Assembly: GCA_963816355.1 (NCBI GenBank)
Contig: CAWFKH010000001.1
Span: 480,001 to 544,000, forward strand
DNA from: an uncultured Gemmatimonadales bacterium
GTDB lineage: Bacteria > Gemmatimonadota > Gemmatimonadetes > Longimicrobiales > RSA9
Length of the DNA: 64,000 bases
Direction of reading: 5' to 3'
In this document: positions 60,671 to 64,000 of the stretch, in pieces
Position numbering within the stretch: position 1 is the first letter of the stretch
Layout of the letters: each line of letters opens with the position of its first letter
The notes under the pieces: generated by a model
Told to the model about the DNA's origin: nothing
The model's database searches: none
What the model saw: only the letters and a program-made list of their open reading frames with translations
Program-made: the position numbers and the translations under genes

Positions 60671-61995
60671 GCGGTGGGCTCCACCGTTGAGGAGAGCAGG
60701 AACGTGGCGAGGAGGCGGGCCGAGATCAAGCGCGCGGGCTCGATCAGGCCGCCGGTCGCGGCGACGACCGCGGCGGCAACCGAGGGGGCGGCGCCAAGGC
60801 GCCGCAGCGCCAGCGTCCGCAGCCGGCGGCGCGACAGGATCGCCTCGACGGCGCGCTGCAGCGCGTGTCTCGAGCGGGCGCGGCGGGCGCGGCGGCGGGC
60901 GTACTTCCGCAGGGGGGCGAGCGGCACGTCGCCGGGTTGGGCGAGCGCGGGAACGAGGCATTCGGCGAGGTCGACGGCGTCCTGAATCGCGGTGTGGATG
61001 CCCTGGCCGGTGAACGGATCGAAGTAGCCGGCGGCATCGCCGACGAGGGCGGCGCCGGCGGCGAAGGCACCGCGGACCGGCACGTCGAACGGACCGGACG
61101 CGAGGAGCGCGGGCGGGCACTCGCACAGCCGCTCCCCCGTGACGCCGCAGCATGCGTCCTCCATGCGGTCGCGGAGCGAGGGAAGCGAGAGCACGGTGGA
61201 GCGGAAGAAGTCGGCCCGGCCGGCGGCGGCGGCCGATCCGTAGCGGCCGGCGTCCGCGACGAGGGTGACGTTGCACATCCCGCTATCCACCGGCGCCACG
61301 CCCACGCAGAAGTGATCGCCCAGGTGCATCTCCCCGAAATGGCCGATGCCGTGGACGCCGGTCAGGTGCGCGGTGAGCGAGAGCTTGCGCAGGCGCGGCC
61401 TTCGCCGCACCACCCCGAGGCGGCGCGCGACGACGGAGCGGAGGCCGTCCGCGCCCACCACCAGCCGGGCGTGCAGCGTCGAGCGCGGAGCGCCGCCGTT
61501 CGCACCGCCGGCCGCGGCCGAGCGGCCGCTCACGCCGCGGACGCGGCCGTCGGGGCCGCGGCAGAGGTCGGCGACGTGCCAGCCGGGGCGGAAATCGGCG
61601 CCGGCGTCCACCGCGGCCGCCAGCAGCGCGGCGTCGAGCCGCTCCCTCCGCACGGCGAGCGAGGCGGCTTCGTCGTCGTCCACGGCGTACGAGCGGAAGC
61701 GGGCGTGGAAGGCGGCGCCGGTGCCGGCGTCGATGCGCCATCCCGCCAGCACCGACGGGCCGCAGGCGCGCACGCGTTCCAGCAGGCCGAGGCGGCGCAG
61801 GAGGGGCACGGCGCCGGCGCTCACGCAGTCGCCGCAGGGCTTCGGCCGCGGGAACGCCGCGCGGTCGAGGAGCGCGACGCGCCGGCCGGCCCGCGCGAGC
61901 AGAAGCGCGGCGACGGAGCCCGCCGGACCGGCGCCGACGACGATGGCGTCGAGGACCTCGCGCGCGTCCGGCGCGGCGTCGAAGGCGGGCCTCAT
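60667..61995 (-). CDS. FAD-dependent oxidoreductase (geranylgeranyl-reductase/monooxygenase-like)
   Basis: VVGAGPAG, FPRPKPCGD, VGADG..S, LVGDAAGYFDPFTGQGI. Confidence 0.9.
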   Translation of the reverse strand: MRPAFDAAPDAREVLDAIVVGAGPAGSVAALLLARAGRRVALLDRAAFPRPKPCGDCVSAGAVPLLRRLGLLERVRACGPSVLAGWRIDAGTGAAFHARFRSYAVDDDEAASLAVRRERLDAALLAAAVDAGADFRPGWHVADLCRGPDGRVRGVSGRSAAAGGANGGAPRSTLHARLVVGADGLRSVVARRLGVVRRRPRLRKLSLTAHLTGVHGIGHFGEMHLGDHFCVGVAPVDSGMCNVTLVADAGRYGSAAAAGRADFFRSTVLSLPSLRDRMEDACCGVTGERLCECPPALLASGPFDVPVRGAFAAGAALVGDAAGYFDPFTGQGIHTAIQDAVDLAECLVPALAQPGDVPLAPLRKYARRRARRARSRHALQRAVEAILSRRRLRTLALRRLGAAPSVAAAVVAATGGLIEPARLISARLLATFLLSSTVEPTA

Positions 61996-62690
61996 CGCGG
62001 GGGCCTGGCGGTGAGGACGAGCCGGAAGAGCGGGTGGCGCGTCACGCGGACCTCGCGCAGCCCCGCCGTGCGCGCCATCTCGCCCAGCTCGGCGGCCGTG
62101 AAGGCGCGGCGCACCGAGAGGGGGCCGTCGTGCCGCGTGAGGCGGTTGCCGCGCCAGACGGTCGCGGCGAGGAAGCGCGCGCCGAGGAGCGCGGGTCGGG
62201 AACGCTCGAGCTCGGCGACGATCACGCCGGCGCGCGCCACGCGGGCGGCCTCGGCGAGCGCGCAGACCGGCTCTTCTCCCTCGAGGTGGTGCAGCACGAG
62301 GGAGAGCACGACGATGTCGAACGCGTGCGCGGCGAACGGCAGCGCGCAGCCGTCCGCGCGGCAGATGTCGACGTCGGCGGCGAGGGTGCGTCGCCGCGCG
62401 ATGGCGAGGCTCTGGGCGTGCGCGTCGACCGCGGTGAAGCGGAGGCGGCCCGGGGCGCGGGCACCGATCGCGAGCGGCAGGTCGCCGGAGCCGGTGCCGA
62501 CGTCGAGGAGGTGGAGCGTCTCCGCGGCGGGATCGCCGACGAGGTCGGGGAGGCGCCGCAGCAGCGCGCGGGTGCCGCCCAGCCACCGGTTCACGGCGGC
62601 GACCTGCGCCAGGCTGCGCTCGAGCTCGGCCGGCTCCTGGTCGGGCAGGTCGAGCAGCTCGGTGGCGCCGTGCAGGCGGGAGAAGGTCAG
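61992..62690 (-). CDS. SAM-dependent methyltransferase (probable CTG start)
   Basis: ELLD..VNRWLGG, LLDVGTGSGD, LHH, TRHDGPLSVRRAFT. Confidence 0.85.
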   Translation of the reverse strand: MTFSRLHGATELLDLPDQEPAELERSLAQVAAVNRWLGGTRALLRRLPDLVGDPAAETLHLLDVGTGSGDLPLAIGARAPGRLRFTAVDAHAQSLAIARRRTLAADVDICRADGCALPFAAHAFDIVVLSLVLHHLEGEEPVCALAEAARVARAGVIVAELERSRPALLGARFLAATVWRGNRLTRHDGPLSVRRAFTAAELGEMARTAGLREVRVTRHPLFRLVLTARPPR

Positions 62691-63274
62691 GACGACGTCT
62701 CCGGCGCGAAAAGGGCATCGAAGCCGACGATCATCTCGTCCTTCACTCTGGCCGCGCCGAGGAAGCGGCTCGGCGGCTCCATGTTCAGCTCCGTGAAGCG
62801 GAGCGGCGCACGTCCAGCGACGTGGACGGTATCCCCCCGCAGATCGACGGCAGCAGCGATCATCATGCGGTGCGGTACGCCGCGGACCGTCAGCGTACCG
62901 GTGATGCGCACGCTGTCCGGCGCCACCGCGCCGGCGGGCGCGACGCCCTCGAGCGCGAAGGTGATGCGCGGGAAGCGGCGCGCCTCGATCGCCTTGCGCA
63001 GGTCGCCGTCGCGGATCCCGTTGCCGGTCTCGAACGACACGGCGGAGATCGTGATGTATCCCTGTGCGCCGCCGAGCGCGACCGGATCGAGCTTCGCCCA
63101 TCCCCACAGCTCAGCGGTCTCGCCGCGGAAGTGGCCGAGCGTGGCATCCGCCTCGAACCAGACGCGGCTCGGGCCGCGGACGAGCGCGTAGCGCGAGGGC
63201 GACCGTCGCGGCTCGTGCCGAGCCGGTGCGGCCGTCGCGGTGGCGAGCAGGGCGAGGGAGAGGAGGCGGCGCAT
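62687..63274 (-). CDS. YceI-like lipid/polyisoprenoid-binding secreted protein
   Basis: signal peptide; ETGNGIRDGDLR..FPRITF, GTLTVRGV. Confidence 0.85.
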   Translation of the reverse strand: MRRLLSLALLATATAAPARHEPRRSPSRYALVRGPSRVWFEADATLGHFRGETAELWGWAKLDPVALGGAQGYITISAVSFETGNGIRDGDLRKAIEARRFPRITFALEGVAPAGAVAPDSVRITGTLTVRGVPHRMMIAAAVDLRGDTVHVAGRAPLRFTELNMEPPSRFLGAARVKDEMIVGFDALFAPETSS

Positions 63275-63281
63275 GCCTATT

Positions 63282-64000
63282 TCAATGCGCGTCGCGGCCG
63301 CCGGGTTCCACACGACGTCGCTCGCCGGCATGCGCGGGCCACGCTTCGGCATCGGCGTCGGCCGCCGCTCGGAGCCGGTCGGCGTCGGCGGTGAGGCGCG
63401 CCCGGATGGGGGCGATGTCGAGCGTCGACCAGGCGCCCGCGTCGTAGAGGACCTGGCCCCGCACGACGGTCAGGACCACGTCGGCGGCGCGCGCGGAGTG
63501 GACGAGGGTGACGCACGGGTCGTGGACCGGGAGCGTATGCAGTCGGTCCAGCGCGACGGCGCACAGGTCCGCATCCTTGCCGGGCGTGAGCGTGCCGGTG
63601 ACGTCGTCGAGGCCGAGCGCGCGCGCGCCGCCGAGCGTGGCCAGCTCGATCAGCGCGGCCGCGGGCAGCGCGGTCGCCTCGCCGCTGCCGGCGCGCTGGA
63701 AGAGCTGCGCGGCGCGGGCCTCTTCGAGCAGGTCCTGGCGGTTGTTGCTCGCGACGGAATCCGTTCCGAGCCCGACGCGGATGCCCGCGCGGAGGAGCCG
63801 CGAGAGCGGTGCGACGCCGTGGGCGAGGCGCGCGTTCGCGATGGGGCAGTGCGCGACCGCGGCGCCGGCGGCCGCGATGCGCGCGGCGTCGTCGTCGTCG
63901 ACATCGACGCAGTGGATGAGGAGCGGCTGCTCCCGCAGCAGGCCGAGGCGGTCGATCAGCTCGATGGGGGAGCGGCCGCGGGGGGGCAGGCGATGCCGCG
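63282..64000 (-). CDS. amidohydrolase (MtaD/Atz/Trz-like), 5' end beyond window
   Basis: IHCV, HCPIAN, VGLGTDSVASNN, ATLGGARALG, GTLTPGKDAD in one frame open to the edge. Confidence 0.9.
   Translation of the reverse strand, partial: RHRLPPRGRSPIELIDRLGLLREQPLLIHCVDVDDDDAARIAAAGAAVAHCPIANARLAHGVAPLSRLLRAGIRVGLGTDSVASNNRQDLLEEARAAQLFQRAGSGEATALPAAALIELATLGGARALGLDDVTGTLTPGKDADLCAVALDRLHTLPVHDPCVTLVHSARAADVVLTVVRGQVLYDAGAWSTLDIAPIRARLTADADRLRAAADADAEAWPAHAGERRRVEPGGRDAH

Noticed and set aside
63985..64000. Possible 1-nt frameshift at the right edge of the amidohydrolase
   Set aside because: Only a few codons visible and the frame is open; cannot be judged

Overview
Very GC-rich bacterial chromosomal window; gene content (ACIII, PorV/CTD proteins, orphan GroES, short RpoD-family sigma) suggests an FCB-group organism, probably Gemmatimonadota (inference). 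Left to right: a partial hypothetical gene behind a leader with an internal terminator; a HAMP histidine kinase divergent from a translationally coupled gas-vesicle-like operon (gvpF/L, gvpG, ArsA/Get3-type tandem ATPase, gvpF/L, gvpS-like, gvpF/L, gvpK, gvpJ, gvpA, PAS-PAS kinase; no gvpN/gvpO/gvpC); a multi-TM EEP protein; alternative complex III (actABCDEF); housekeeping genes (TrmJ-family methylase, MFS, D-Cys desulfhydrase-like, M20 peptidase, SLT, hslO, orphan groES); a subtilase with T9SS-type CTD plus a PorV-like barrel; two acyl-CoA dehydrogenases; an unannotated small transcript with a 13-nt perfect Shine-Dalgarno and a 20-aa ORF; a stand-alone HisKA microprotein heading gcvH-MBL-gcvP-lipoate ligase; a Dpp/Opp ABC transporter; orphan exbB; slt; csp; polA; ssb; an outer-membrane protein; a sigma70-family gene behind a uORF+terminator leader; and a coupled YceI-methyltransferase-FAD oxidoreductase-cyclase-ketosynthase-DUF4126-AhpD operon. 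No rRNA, tRNA, CRISPR or mobile element seen. Best candidates for an undescribed system: the gvp/asymmetric ArsA-like ATPase/kinase locus, the ACP-less ketosynthase-cyclase operon, and the extended-SD small transcript. All calls come from motif reading by eye; no searches were run.
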